DNA of 64,000 bases. It comes from Squalus acanthias (lineage: Eukaryota). The stretch covers positions 139,998,001-140,062,000 of the forward strand of contig CM059432.1 of NCBI GenBank assembly GCA_030390025.1, given 5' to 3'. Numbering within the stretch: position 1 is the first letter of the stretch; every line of letters begins with the position of its first letter. The notes under the pieces were generated by a model. It saw only the letters and a program-made list of their open reading frames with translations. It did no database searches and was not told where the DNA came from. Both the position numbers and the translations under genes were made by a program. Shown in pieces: positions 48,323 through 60,487 of the stretch.

Positions 48323-50829
48323 CTTTTTGTTGGAAAACTTGCCTGTTTGGTAATGGCCTGCAGAGGTCCCTTTAAGGACCACCAGTTAGGCCGCATGTAG
48401 ACCATGGTTTCCTGCACAGCTGGCCTGGCAAAGGGAACATATGCAGAGGGCTTAACGTGGGCCCTGGATGCATCTTTTGATGAATATACCAATATGGCGG
48501 GCGGTGCACTTCCGACTCAGAGTGTGCGACACTGCCCGCCATATTGGATACTTTTGCTCCTGTTTTGAGCCTGTAAAACGGGTGCAGCACCATCGAGTTT
48601 CTTGGCCACTTAGTTCCATTCCCTTGCCCTTTCCCCATACCCTTTTAGATTTTTCTTTCGTTACAGATTTTTTGAGCGTATCGTCTTAAACTACGTTACT
48701 GTAAAGGGTCGCGGCTATTTTAGAATCTAACGCGTGACGAGAGTGGGACTTGGAGTTCACTGGGAAGTGAGACCTTGACCTGTATCGGGAATGGGAACTG
48801 GACCTGGATCAGCACTGAGACCACTGGGAGAAGAAGGAGCGGAGTCATTGGCAGCAGCAGAAGTTGGAGCAGTGGGAATGTCAAACAGTGAATGGGGTGG
48901 GAAATGTGGGACTGGATCAGGTCCATTCTGAGGGCTGCAGCAGAGGCTCCCATGGTTGCAGTTGGCCCATTATCTTTATAATGAATACTCCTGATCCATG
49001 CAAAAATAGAATAATTTGTCTTGATTTGATGTAAATGTCCTGTGATGCACCACGGATATGATTAGCAGAACCATAAATCACATTTTTATTACATAAGATT
49101 CCAGAATGTTTTCTTGTGGTTTCAGCCCATTGCTTTATGGTGACTGTATAAGTCAAATTCTGCTCATATGACATGGGATTACAAGATTTTCCTGGATTTT
49201 TCCAGGCGGTTTGGATATTGTAATCTGTAATTGTATCCATTTTTTGTATAAAAACTGCAGTTCAGAGGCTTTGCTGATTAACTGTGTTGATCAAAGCATC
49301 AAATTGATGCCACTTTTGGTTAATGATCAATGACCACTCCCAAATCCTTTCTCTTTCCTGACTCTTGCAAATGGATTTCCCCTTTTACGCACCTATGTCT
49401 CATGTTTCCCTTCCCGAAATATATTAATCTTTCTTGTATTTATCGACATTAAATCTCTCTGCTGTGCCTTAAACCATCAATGTCATTGATTCAGATACCT
49501 TTGAATGCTAATCAGTCTCATTTATACATCCACTGGCTCTAGAGTGATGCCAGGAGGCAGCTGTTGTGTACTCCAACTGAACATACAAGAAGGTAGAGAG
49601 GTCTGATACCCTGCGGCTCTCCAATACCCTTTGTACCTTCAGCCTGCTTCCCTGGGAGTACTCCAGTTTCATACAATCTGTGCCAATCACATATGACCAA
49701 GCTATTCCACGCAAGGATTCTGGCTGACTGTGTGGAGCTCTGATGTGTTATAACTGTGGCTAATCTCTCTGCAACGGTGAGCTGTGGTACAATGAAGTCC
49801 ACGTCTGCATTAGGGTGCTGATCAAGCATATGTTTGACATGCTCAGATAGCGCTTCAGGTGCGTGGGACCAATCTGTTTGCATCATGGATGTCCCTGAAA
49901 CAGTAGCCAATATGGTGACCACATGCTGCATAACATTGCCACTGCTGCAGGCATCATAGTACAGCTCACTGATGATCAACAGGGACCAAGGCAGGAGTAG
50001 GATGAGCAGTGGCAACATCTTCAGCCTCTGAGGAAGAAGGAGTGGTTTTACAAGAACAATGGTTTCTGTACTGGGACACTAGTCAAGTCTGGTCTTCATT
50101 CTATTTGCTTGACCGGCATTGGACGTATGCTGAGGATCCTTGATGTCACCAGACAGACATGGGCAGCATAATGTTTTAATTAGTGGCAACTGTAATGTCA
50201 ATTGAGTCATGGATGCAAGACCCACTGCAGGATTTGAGCACATAGGCTATGATTTTCCATGGGGGAGGGTTCTCTCTCTAGCCAGCTACAACTTTAGTGG
50301 AAGAGCGTGGAAACCCCGAAAAACAGTGAACGCCATTTATCCAGAAGACTCGAGGCACAAGCAATCCCTGCATCAGTCCCAGGACCTTCTTGCGATGTAG
50401 TTATCCCTACATCCAAGGGGCGAAAGGTACGCAAACTGGCTGCCACATTTGCCTACAAAATAGTGGCCACACTTCAACAGTAATGAATTGGCTGGTTGAG
50501 ACTCTTTCAGACATGAAAGGTGCTATATATATCCAATCTTTCCTGCTTCCTTTCTCCTGAAGCTCACTTTATAGGTTGTCACGTGAAGAATGGCCATTCA
50601 CTCAGGCGAGATAACACTCTTGTGGAACTATACCCCAGTATGAGTCATCTCCAGGGGAATTGGAAAAAAAAGATATGGGGAGGTGTTACTAGAAAATGAA
50701 ATGACCGAACAGAAAAGAATGTTTGTTTCAGACTATTTTCAACAAAAAGGAGAAAAGAGCAACCATAATGGCAGAATTAGAACCCTAAAGCATAAAGAGA
50801 ATTAAACAGCAATGAGAACCATGAGTATC

Positions 50830-52400
50830 GTGCAAACGTTAGCTAACGATAACTGAAATGAATATTAGAAAGGATAATGGGAAAGAGATTGCTAACAGCA
50901 GTAAAGGGAATCAAAGTAAATTCTTTAGCAATGTTCAAAGTAGATAGAGTGTTAAAGACCAGATAGTTCCTTTAAAGGATAAGTTGGGTAAAAATATCAG
51001 GGGGAGTTGGGAAATAGCAGATGTGTTAAATTAATTCTTCACGTCAGTCTTCACAAGTGAAGACTGTGGACAATTTCCAGATCCAGTTCAACTAGCTTGG
51101 GAATCTGTAACATATGTCTAACATGTGTTATGAAGGAACTCAAAGCGCTCTAATATCTACAAATCTCAAACCAGATGGGATATAACACAAAATTTACAAG
51201 GAAATGAGTGAGGAAATACGCAAGACCCTGGTTAATATTTACAGGAACTCCATAAATACATAGGTTGTATCTGAGACCTGGAGAGTGACTCAATTAATCC
51301 TAATACTTCAAAAAATAAGGGTGAACCATGAATTAAGGAATAATAGGCCAATTAGTTCAACATCAATAGTGGGGGAAATTCTCAAGAGTGGTTTACAGGA
51401 CACTTATCAATATTTACCTGAGGAACATAAAAGGAAGATTCAGGTTTTAGAAATAATCATGACTCATGAATGTACTAGAATTATTTGAGAAGCGCCCATA
51501 TTAGTGGATGAGAACTATCCAATAGACATAACATCCTCAGATAAAACCAAAAACATGCAAGTGCTGGAAATCTGCAATGTAAACAGAAAATACTGGAAGA
51601 AAAACAGCAGAACCACCAGTATCTGTAAAGATTGGCAAACTTTTTAGATGCAAGGCTGCAGGCTCTTTGTCAGGCTTAATATATTCCAGTTTTCTGATGA
51701 TACTTAAATGCTTTGCATTTGAAGTTCGTAAGGAAGATGGGGCACATGGTATTAATGGCGATTACTTAGAAAATAGTCTTGGTAATCGAGAGCAGAAGCT
51801 GGTGAATAATGGATAAGGCTCTGTCTAATGGAGTAGTGAATACTCGAGTTTTGGAGGGCTTTATTCAGGGTCTTCTGCCAGATATACTGTTGTATTCATG
51901 AATGTCACAGTGGAGGGTACTGCCGGTAATATTTTCAGATTTCATGATTACACGAGGCTGTGTCCAGGTAGCCAGTGTAGGGGAGATTGATAGCATTTAA
52001 AGGGATCTGGAGAGACTAGACAGAGCTTTAAACTTCGGTGAGAGCGTGAAATGGGCAGGAGTGGATCGGCCGTCCGTTACAAACCCCGCGTGATTTTTCT
52101 TCCCGTTGACTTCAACTGAAAGGAAAGTTGGGTGGGGAGTATCACGGGCAACCGATCCGCCACTGCTTGTTTTACACCCCTACTAAAGTTGATAGTTCTG
52201 CTCATTGAGTGAATGGACAAAATACCTTCTTTTAACAAAGGCGAAAATGGAAAAGCATCTTACTGATTATAATTATTTACTATTTACTGAGAGTATTCTG
52301 TCACGTTGAGGCCACTGGTCAACAAGGCTAATATAATTGCTCAGACGCATCATGAAATCATTTCGTTGCAAGTTGAATTAGGTTATTTTAACCCCGTGCC
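50830..52400 (+). mobile_element. Old, heavily decayed CR1 ORF2 remnant with younger inserts
   Basis: Residual FFTSVFTSED and NNRPISSTSIVGEIL motifs. Interrupted by a Penelope-terminus remnant (~51545-51700) and a palindromic MITE. Confidence 0.65.
52021..52200. mobile_element. Palindromic (fold-back) MITE
   Basis: CAGAGCTTTAAACTT...AAGTTGATAGTTCTG termini, internal GGATCGG/CCGATCC arms, central TTCCCGTTGACTTCAACTGAA. Confidence 0.7.
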
Positions 52401-52479
52401 ACTCATTAGTCCTTGCACCACTGTGAAGAGCTTTGGGTGGGTTTTATATGTCAAAGGCATTATATAAATGTAAATTGTT

Positions 52480-53262
52480 GGCCCAAAATTTGAAGTCAAA
52501 ATAACGGTGAGGCCAATAGTGCTCGCTCTAATTGAAGTGCAGATGCCACAGCAACTTCAGGCACGGGCAGATGCGCGATTAAACGCGGAAATCGAGAAGT
52601 TGCTGTCTAAAGTTGCGCCGCTCCGCCATTAGCTCGTGAAAACGGCATCTCGCTGTCTGCCTCCCCCCCCCACCCCCCGTTCAAATGCATTGAGCGGCGT
52701 GAAGTTCCTGTACTTGCACAGTGGATACGAAGTAAACTCACCACAGAAAAATCGGGCTTGTCCACTTCAGTCTAAGTACCCTTTTAATGCCATGATAAGT
52801 GCTAGTTACTGCCAATCAACCTCTTTGGCACTGAAAATTCACTATTACTAGTCTGGAGTCTCATTCCTTTAGGTTTTAATTGTTGTTGGTGATTATTTTT
52901 TTTAGTTAAAATTAATTTAAAAAAACTTTTGTCTCTTTTTTCCCTCTCAATCCAATTTTTCTTTCCCCCTTCTTTATTTCTCTTTCTGTATCTGATTTGA
53001 CATTGAATTCACCCATTCTGAATTACAATTCCTTGCTCAGTCCTTGCGCTGTTCATTTGGCAATCCTTCAATCTGATTGGTTAAGGAGATACCCCGTTGC
53101 TTGTCCTGTTCACTCAGGTCCCAGATGCCCTGTAGAGGGCGCCGTTTGGATTTCCCACTTCCAGCAACTTGCCGTGCAAAATATCGTGGAGATTAGACGG
53201 GCAAGGATAAGTCTAACTAACAGCGAGCCCTGTTCCTTGACCAGTTACAGGAATTTTTCGGC
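52480..53262. mobile_element. Harbinger/PHIS-type MITE (18674 family) inserted in an L2 tail
   Basis: Begins GGCCCAAAATTT, collinear with 18674-19438, flanked by GTT/ATT. Confidence 0.78.
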
Positions 53263-53382
53263 ATTGTTGTACTAGTCAGGTCAATATTGTGTACAATTCT
53301 GGGTGCAATGTTTGTATCATGGTGCTGTAAAGCCCCTCTGTTCCACCAACTAGATCACAGAACCAGTTAGGGTTACCGCCCT

Positions 53383-54004
53383 AATACATTGGGGAGACCA
53401 AACGCAGATTGGGTGACCTGCTTTGCGGAACACCTCTGTTCAGTCCGCAATCGTGACCCCGAGCTTCCGGTCGCTTGTCACTTTAATTCTCCGCTCCACT
53501 CCCACTCTGACCTCTCCGTCCTCGGCCTCTTACACTGTTCCAACGAAGCTCAACGTAAGCTCGAGGAACAGCACCTCATCTTTCTATTAGGCACTTTACA
53601 GCCTTCTGGACTCAACATCGAGTTCAACAATTTCAGACTATAAATTGGCCCCTGTATTTCTTTCTCTTTTTTCTCTTGTTTCCTCACATGGTAGCTGTTA
53701 ATGTTGCTGCCATCATCATTCACACATCATCTAGAGCCATCGTTTGTTTCTTAACTTGTCCCATTACCTTTTGCCTTGCACTATCAACCCTTTTGTCAGT
53801 CAATCTCTCCTGCCTTCCAGCCTGTCACAGACCTTCCCTTTGTTCTTTCCTCCTCCCTCCTCCCGGCCCCTGCTTAAAAATCTCTCCTCCCTAACCTTTT
53901 CCAGTTCTGACGAAGGGTTCGACCCGAAATGTTGACTCTTGTTTCTCCTCTCTCCGATGCTGCCTGACCTGCTGAGTGTTTCCAGCACTTTCCGTTGTCA
54001 TTTC
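53383..54004 (+). mobile_element. Penelope-like 3' fragment (GIY-YIG C-terminal part + terminal repeat)
   Basis: YIGETKRRLGD...EEQHLIFLLGTLQPSGLNIEFNNF*. TSD AGGG(T/A)TACCGCCCT at 53369-53382 and 54005-54018. Confidence 0.9.
53903..53937 (+). ncRNA. Minimal type I hammerhead ribozyme motif
   Basis: AGUU-CUGACGA-A-GGGU(UCG)ACCC-GAAAUGUU-GACU. Confidence 0.78.
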
Positions 54005-54303
54005 AGGGATACCGCCCTTCCTGTTTTTAGCTGGATAGTCCGGTTTTTCAGCTGATTATCTGACTTTCAGTGGGAGTTAAAGCAGTACAGTAAAATTCTG
54101 GTTTACAACAGTTGCTTAAGAAAAGGCACTCAGCGCATCCACCACTATGGGTTTTCGTGCAAGTGCAGAGTGAAAACTTTGAGTCAGTTAGCACTTTATA
54201 TGATACAATAGCAAAATACTGCGGATGCTGGAAAACTGAAATAACAACAGAAAGCGCTGGAAATACTCAGCAGGCCAGGCAACATCCGTGGAGAGAGAAA
54301 CAG

Positions 54304-54340
54304 AGTTAACGTTTCAGGTCAAAGACCCTTCGTCAGAACT
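54304..54340 (-). ncRNA. Minimal type I hammerhead ribozyme motif (inverted arm)
   Basis: Exact reverse complement of 56764-56800. Confidence 0.8.
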
Positions 54341-54545
54341 GAGAAAAAAGCAGGAAATGAAACAGATGAAGTTGGAGGCTGGGGGGAGGAATAAAAGAAC
54401 AAAAGGGGAGGTCTGTGAGAAGTAAAGAGACATTAAGCGATACTCAAGGCGAGACGAGATGGTAATAGGACAGGTTAAGAAACAAAAGATGGCTCTAGAA
54501 GTGTGAAATGAGCTGGCAGAATGAAAGACAGCTGCCATGGGGGAG

Positions 54546-56480
54546 CTCTCTAGATCTTTTCATTGCTAACTGCCGCCGTGACATCGGCCGTCTCAATTTC
54601 CCTGCTCCCCTCACTCACTCCAACCTACCTCCCTCTGAACTTGCAGCACTCCATTCTCTCAGATCCAACCCCGACATTGTCATTAAACCTGCTGACAAGG
54701 GTGGTGCTGTTGTTGTTTGGCGAACCAATCTCTACCTAGTGGAAGTTGAATGCCAACTCTCCGACACCTCCTCCTACTTCCACCTGGACCATGACCCCAC
54801 TACCGAACATCAAGCCACCGTTTCCAAGACTGTCACTGACCTCATCTCCTCTGGAGACCTTCCCCCCAAGGCCGCCAACCTCATAGTTCCCCAACCCCAC
54901 ACAGCCTCCGTCCCAAGATCCACAAACAGGACTGCCCCGGTAGACCCATCGTTTCAGCCTGTTCTTGCCCCACAGAACTTATCTCTTCCTATCTCGACTC
55001 TATTTTTTCTCCCCTTGTCCAGTTTCTTCCCACCTACATCCGCGACTCCTCTGACGCCCTCCGCCACTTTTAACAGTTTCCAGTTTCCTGGCCCCAACTG
55101 CCTCCTTTTCACCATGGACGTACAATCCCTCTACACCTCCATCCCCCACCAGGATGGCCTGAGGGCGCTCCACTTCTTCCTTGAACAGAGGCCCAACCAG
55201 TCCCCATCCACCAGCACCCTCCTCCGCCTGGCTGAACTTGTTCTCACATTGAACAACTTCTCCTTTGACTCCACTCATTTCCTCCAAATCAAAGGTGTTG
55301 CTATGGGTACCCGCATGGGTCCTAGCTATGCCTGCCTTTTCGTGGGATATGTGGAACACTCTTTGTTCCAGTCCTACTCGGGTCCCCTCCCTCACCTCTT
55401 TTTCCGGTACATTGATGACTGTATCGGTGCCGTTTCCTGCTCTCGCCCTGAACTAGACAATTTCATTCACTTTGCCTCCAATTTCCACCCTTCCCTCACC
55501 TTCACATGGTCCATCTCCGACTCTTCCCTTCCCTTCCTTGACTTTTCCGTCTCCATCTCTGGGGATAGGTTATTGACCAACATTCACTACAAGCCCACTG
55601 ACTCCCACAGCTACCTGGACTACACTTCCTCCCACCCCGCCTCCTGTAAGGACTCTATTCCCTTCTCCCAGTTTCTCCGTCTCCGCTGCATCTGCTCTGA
55701 CGATGCCACCTTCCATACCAGTGCTTCCGACATGTCTTCCTTTTTCCTCAACCGAGGATTCCCCTCTACCGTGGTTGACACGGCCCTTGACCGTGTCCGT
55801 TCTATCTCCCGCGCACTTCTGCCTTCACATCGGCCCCTCCCTCTTGGAACCACGATAGAGTTCCCCTTGTCCTCACCTTTCACCCCACCAGCCTCCACAT
55901 TCAACGGATCATCCTCCGCCATTTCCGTCACCTCCAACGTGATCCCACCACCAAACGTATCTTCCCCTCACCTCCCCTTTCAGTATTCCGTAGGGACCGC
56001 TCCCTCTGAGACACCCTAGTCCACCCCTCTATCACCCCCAGCACCCCTTCCCCCTCGCCCGGCACCTTCCCGTGCAAGCGCAGGAGATGCAACACCTGCC
56101 CTTATACATCCCCCCTTCCCACTCTCCAGGGCCCCAAACACCCCTTCCAGGTGAAACAGCGATTTACTTGTACTTCTTGCAATCTAGTATACTGTATTCG
56201 CTGCTCACGATGTGGTCTCCTCTACATTGGGGAGACCAAACGCAGATTGGGTGACCGCTTTGCGGAACACCTCCGTTCAGTCCGTAAGGGTGACCCCGAG
56301 CTTCCGGTCGCTTGTCATTTTAATTCACCGCTCCACGTCCACTCAGACCTCACCGTCCTCGGCCTCTTGCATTGTTCTACGGAAGCTCAGCGTAAGCTCG
56401 AGGAACAGCACCTCATCTTCCGATTAGGCACTTTACAGCCTTCCGGACTCAATATCGAGTTCAACAATTTCAGATCATAA
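54546..56480 (+). pseudogene. Penelope RT/GIY-YIG ORF, 5'-truncated, frameshifted
   Basis: PKIHK..PGRPIVS lies out of frame between compensating shifts (~54905, ~55065). A further shift near 55810. Endonuclease in ORF 56151..56480. Confidence 0.88.
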
Positions 56481-56763
56481 CCTCGACCCCTACCATATAT
56501 ATATATACACACATTTTATCCACACTTTTGGTTTGTGCCTTTTCCCTTTTTTTTTTCTCTCTCCCCCCATAGCAGCTGTCTCTCATTCTGCCAGCTCATT
56601 TCACACTTCTGAGCCATCTTTTGTTTCTTAACCTGTCCTATTACCATCTCGTCTCACCTTGAGCATCTCTTAATGTCTCTACTTACCATAGACCACCCCT
56701 TTTGTTCTTTTATTCCTTCCCCCAGCCTCCAACTTCATCTGTTTCATTTCCTGCTTTTTTCTC

Positions 56764-56800
56764 AGTTCTGACGAAGGGTCTTTGACCTGAAACGTTAACT
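56764..56800 (+). ncRNA. Minimal type I hammerhead ribozyme motif
   Basis: AGUU-CUGACGA-AG-GGUC(UUU)GACC-U-GAAACGUU-AACU. Intact core, palindromic AACGUU in place of helix III. Confidence 0.82.
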
Positions 56801-57312
56801 CTGTTTCTCTCTCCACGGATGTTGCCTGGCCTGCTGAGTTTTTCCAGCACTTTCTGTTGTTATTTCAGTTTTCCAGCATCCGCAGTATTTTGCTATTGTA
56901 TCAATTACCACCTTGTGCTTCACGTGGCTCTCTGTCTCTGAGAGAGAGAAAAAACCGGCTGGAATATTCCTCATTGTGTCTTCAATGTGTTATCCACCAA
57001 AGGGCAGTGTTCACTTTACCTCTGCTGCATTCACCTCACAGCACGGCTCCCTGTGGTTCTGAGAGCCAGGTAAAGGGGTCAGAGGTGTTGGTTACCGATG
57101 TCCCCCCAGGACAATATAAATGTTGCTGCTGAAGTCACAGGCTAACTTGGTATCATCTAGGAACCCCAGATATATACTCGATAGTTGGGATAGCTGCTCA
57201 TTGTATCTTCCTATCAATAACTTTTGAATTCCCTCTTGAGTTGTGCAAACCCATGAATACTGCATTTGGAGTAACCCGTCACCAGATCCTGACTGAGTCA
57301 TATCCGTTATTA

Positions 57313-57752
57313 AAAGAAAGACTTGCCTTTCACGACCTCAAGACATCCCAAAGCGCCTTACAACCAGTGAAGTACTTTTGAAGTGTAGTCACTGTAGAAA
57401 ACGCGGCAGCCAATTTGTGCACAGCAAGCTCCCACAAGCAGCAATGTGATAACGACCAGATAATCTGTTTTAGTGATGTTGATTGAGGGAGAAATATTGG
57501 TCAGGATACCGGGGAGAACTCCCCTGCTCTTCTTCGAAATAGTGCCACGGGATCTTTTATGTCCACCTGAGAGGTCAGGCGGGGCTTCAGTTTAATGTTT
57601 CATCCGAAAGACGGCACCTCTGACAGTGCAGCACTTCCTCAGTACTGCACTGAGTGTGCCAGCCTAGGTTTTTGTGCTTGAGTCTCTGGAGTGGGACTTG
57701 AAACCATGATCTTCTGACTCAGAGGAGAGAGTGCTACCACTGTGCCACGGCC
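57313..57752 (-). mobile_element. Near full-length DeuSINE
   Basis: Antisense match to 25370-25820 including the tRNA head. Confidence 0.87.
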
Positions 57753-58861
57753 GATATTAAGTGGAAGTGGAATCCAGGGGACCTGATATTCCACACACTG
57801 GGATCCTGCTTGTTGGTGCCTTTCTGCGCTGACTCTGTTGAAGTATGCGGGGTCAGGGGGAGGGAGCCTAATTTGCTTGGGGCCAGTGCGTGCCTGTGCC
57901 ACTGCAGGTTCAATCTCGAGCGCCCACCTGGCACTGTGCGGCGGGCAAATCAGGCCTCTGGCCGCTAGGTGCGGAGGTCGGACTCCCAGGAGCACGGGGC
58001 CCCCGGGTGGCCTCCTTCTCACTCAGCACACCAGCCTCCAAGATGATGCCGGGTCTTTTGGAGATTGGGACATAGGATCTCTTGACTTGAGGAATTCTCT
58101 AATGTCAATGGCCAGCAAGGCCATTCTGGAAACTATGCCCCACCGTCAGATTATCTGGGTCTTGGTTGCAGTTGTGGCCATTCTGGCAGACTCCTACTGA
58201 AAGTACGGTGGGGAGTCCACCAGAAAGGCTGAGGGGAATGTTGTCAACAGTTTAAGTTAAGATATTACAGCTACCATAAAATCGAGCTAGCAGTGCATTC
58301 TACAGCAGTAACATGTCAGGGTGTTTAAATTATGCCTTAAACCACAAGATTATGAATATCAGCATCATTTGAATCCTGAAAGGCAACACAGCTGTGAACT
58401 CCACCCAGATTACTCTCTGTGTGGACCACTGCTGGGGGCTATTTAAATATTCACATCTGTCAGTGATTGAAAATATTGGAAACAGACTATAGTGGGGCTC
58501 TTGCCACATACATTCACCCAGCAAACAGCTCACAGCAAAGTCTAGGTCATCCGGTTACAGGGTAACAACATATGATGATATACAGGACAGTAATTCTTTG
58601 GAAATCAGATGAAGGCAGAGCAAGTTTCTCATTTCTCACCCCCCCCCCCCTCTGCTGCCATGCCTTTCTTATTCCTCCGCTCGGCTCCCCAGCTAACCCT
58701 GATGCTGGAAATCAGGATGGCTTCCTCTCCGGCGAGAGACTATTAGGAAGTGGCGCCATTCCACCTTCCATAGTGCGAGTGAAATGGCTTTGCCACCATT
58801 AAGCTAACTGATGCCTTTCTCTTTCCCATGTAGCTTGACGAGTCCTACCTCCTCCAGGTTT

Positions 58862-59620
58862 CAGCTGGGGCTCAGCTGGTAGCACTCTCGTGGGTTCAAG
58901 CCCCGCTCCAGAGCCTTGAACACAAAGGGCGGGATTTTGATACTGGGGCGGGTTGGGGTCGTGTCATCCGCATTTCGTGTTATCCACCCGACTGCAATTG
59001 GATGTGGGAGATTGATGCAATTTTCACCTAATTGGGCAATTGAGTTCCAGCATGTGGGAACCCATGACCCAATTAGTGGTTTCAGTCTGAAAGTCGCCTC
59101 TGATGATGTCATCATTGCTGCTGCATTGAAGGTCTGCAAAGACTGCCTGGTCTTTGCTGTGAGAGGATCTGGATGCAAAATGAGCAGCAGCTGAGAGAGA
59201 GAGAGAGAGATTAGGTCCGCCCGCCACTTTTCACCCCCCACACGCCACCAAACCCGCCTCCACAGCCCTATCAAAATCCAGCCCAAAGTCTATGCTGGCA
59301 CTCTGGTGCAGTACTGAGGGAGCACTGCACTGTTGGAGGTGCCGTCTTTAGGATGAGACAGTAAACTGAGGCCCCTTCTGCCCTCTCTGTTGGACGTAAA
59401 AGATGCCGTGGCACTATTCGAAGAAGAGCAGTGGCGTTCTCCCCAGTGTCCAACATTAATAACATCACTAAAAACAGATAACCTGGTCATTTATCCCATT
59501 GCTGTTTGTGGGAACTTGTTGCGCGCAAACATTCCAACAGTGCGCACTTCATTGGCTGAAAAGCGCTTTGGGACGTCCTGAGGTTGTTAATGGCGCTATA
59601 GAAATGCAAGTCTTTCTTTT
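58862..59620 (+). mobile_element. DeuSINE split by a MITE
   Basis: Head 58862-58926 and body 59285-59620. Confidence 0.82.
58927..59284. mobile_element. Harbinger-type MITE
   Basis: 16-bp TIRs GGGCGGGATTTTGATA / TATCAAAATCCAGCCC (one mismatch) with AAA TSD. Confidence 0.85.
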
Positions 59621-59900
59621 TAGAAGCAAGGAAGTGATGTTGACTTTGTACAAGACATTGGTTTGGCATTGGTTCTGGGCATCCTATTATAGGAATGACA
59701 TTAGAGTGATGGAAAGGGTGCAGCAAATATTCATTGGAATAATATCAGGAATGAGAGATTATTGTTATGAAGAAAGGCTTGAAAAAAGTATACTTTAATG
59801 GAAGAGGGAAGGTTAAGGGGCATACAGTAGAGATTTCCAATTTATACAAGGTTTTTAGAGGGTTAATAGTGAAAGGTTGTTTCCAGTGATTGGCACATCT
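59621..59900 (+). mobile_element. Old CR1 ORF2 fragment; continues at ~61050-61130 and ~61838-61945
   Basis: Encodes RSKEVMLTLYKTLV...MERVQ...YEERLEK. Confidence 0.7.
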
Positions 59901-59902
59901 AA

Positions 59903-60460
59903 AGGGGTAAAAATTCTTTAGTGCCGCAAGGCGATGTGAACCGGGTGCATTTGAACAGGTAGGCCCAATCGCTATTGGTCGCCAGGGCCTTGTTTTAATA
60001 CGTGCAGCGAGTTGATGAAGTCTACTGTTCATTTCCAGGCAGCTCACCAGCGAAGCTGAGGCCCATTTTGGGCTGCCGCGGCACGGGCAGCAGCCCTCAG
60101 TTAAGCCCTGGGGAGGGGGCAGGAGGCGGAAGCAGAATGAGAGGGAAGTTGGATGGGCGGGTGGGTGCAATCATGAACCAGCAGGGCCTCTCAGGAATGC
60201 CGTGGAGCCGGGAGGAGCACTATATGGAAAAAAAAAAGAAAACCTTCTGCTTTTTGGTGGCGGCCGCTCCTTAGGGCGCATCTACCCCTGGAAAGGCTGA
60301 ACGGTTTAGGCCCAGCTCCTGCTCCTCTCAGGGCAGCTTCATTTCAGGCAGGGGTCCTTAAACAGGCTCATTTCATTCGGATATGGGAGGTTGGTCCCCA
60401 AAATTGGACCTCGGCGCCTCTGTTTTCTGCCTGGAAAATAGGTGCAACAAAATCTAATTT
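59903..60460. mobile_element. Harbinger-type MITE remnant
   Basis: GC-rich island starting GGGGTAAAAATT and interrupting the CR1 fragment. Confidence 0.5.
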
Positions 60461-60487
60461 CATAAACTTCATATAATAAATGGAGAA

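Larger units (their letters stand above)
54201..56903 (+). mobile_element. Penelope-like retroelement with inverted terminal arms
   Basis: 54201-54545 is the reverse complement of 56561-56903. Interior encodes RT (IKPADKGG, MDVQSLYTSIP, GVAMGTRMGPSYA, RYIDD) and GIY-YIG (LVYCIRC..LYIGET). Confidence 0.95.

Noticed and set aside
48733..48880. Endogenous hepadnavirus core C-terminus
   Set aside because: Only low-complexity Arg/Ser resemblance, with no adjacent core or polymerase motifs. Kept only as a generic RS-rich fossil.
54508..56019. 503-aa ORF as an intact Penelope protein
   Set aside because: It starts inside the inverted arm, the PKIHK/GRPIVS block is out of frame, and the endonuclease lies in another frame.
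58693..58857. Exon after a strong pyrimidine tract
   Set aside because: No convincing donor site and no recognisable peptide.
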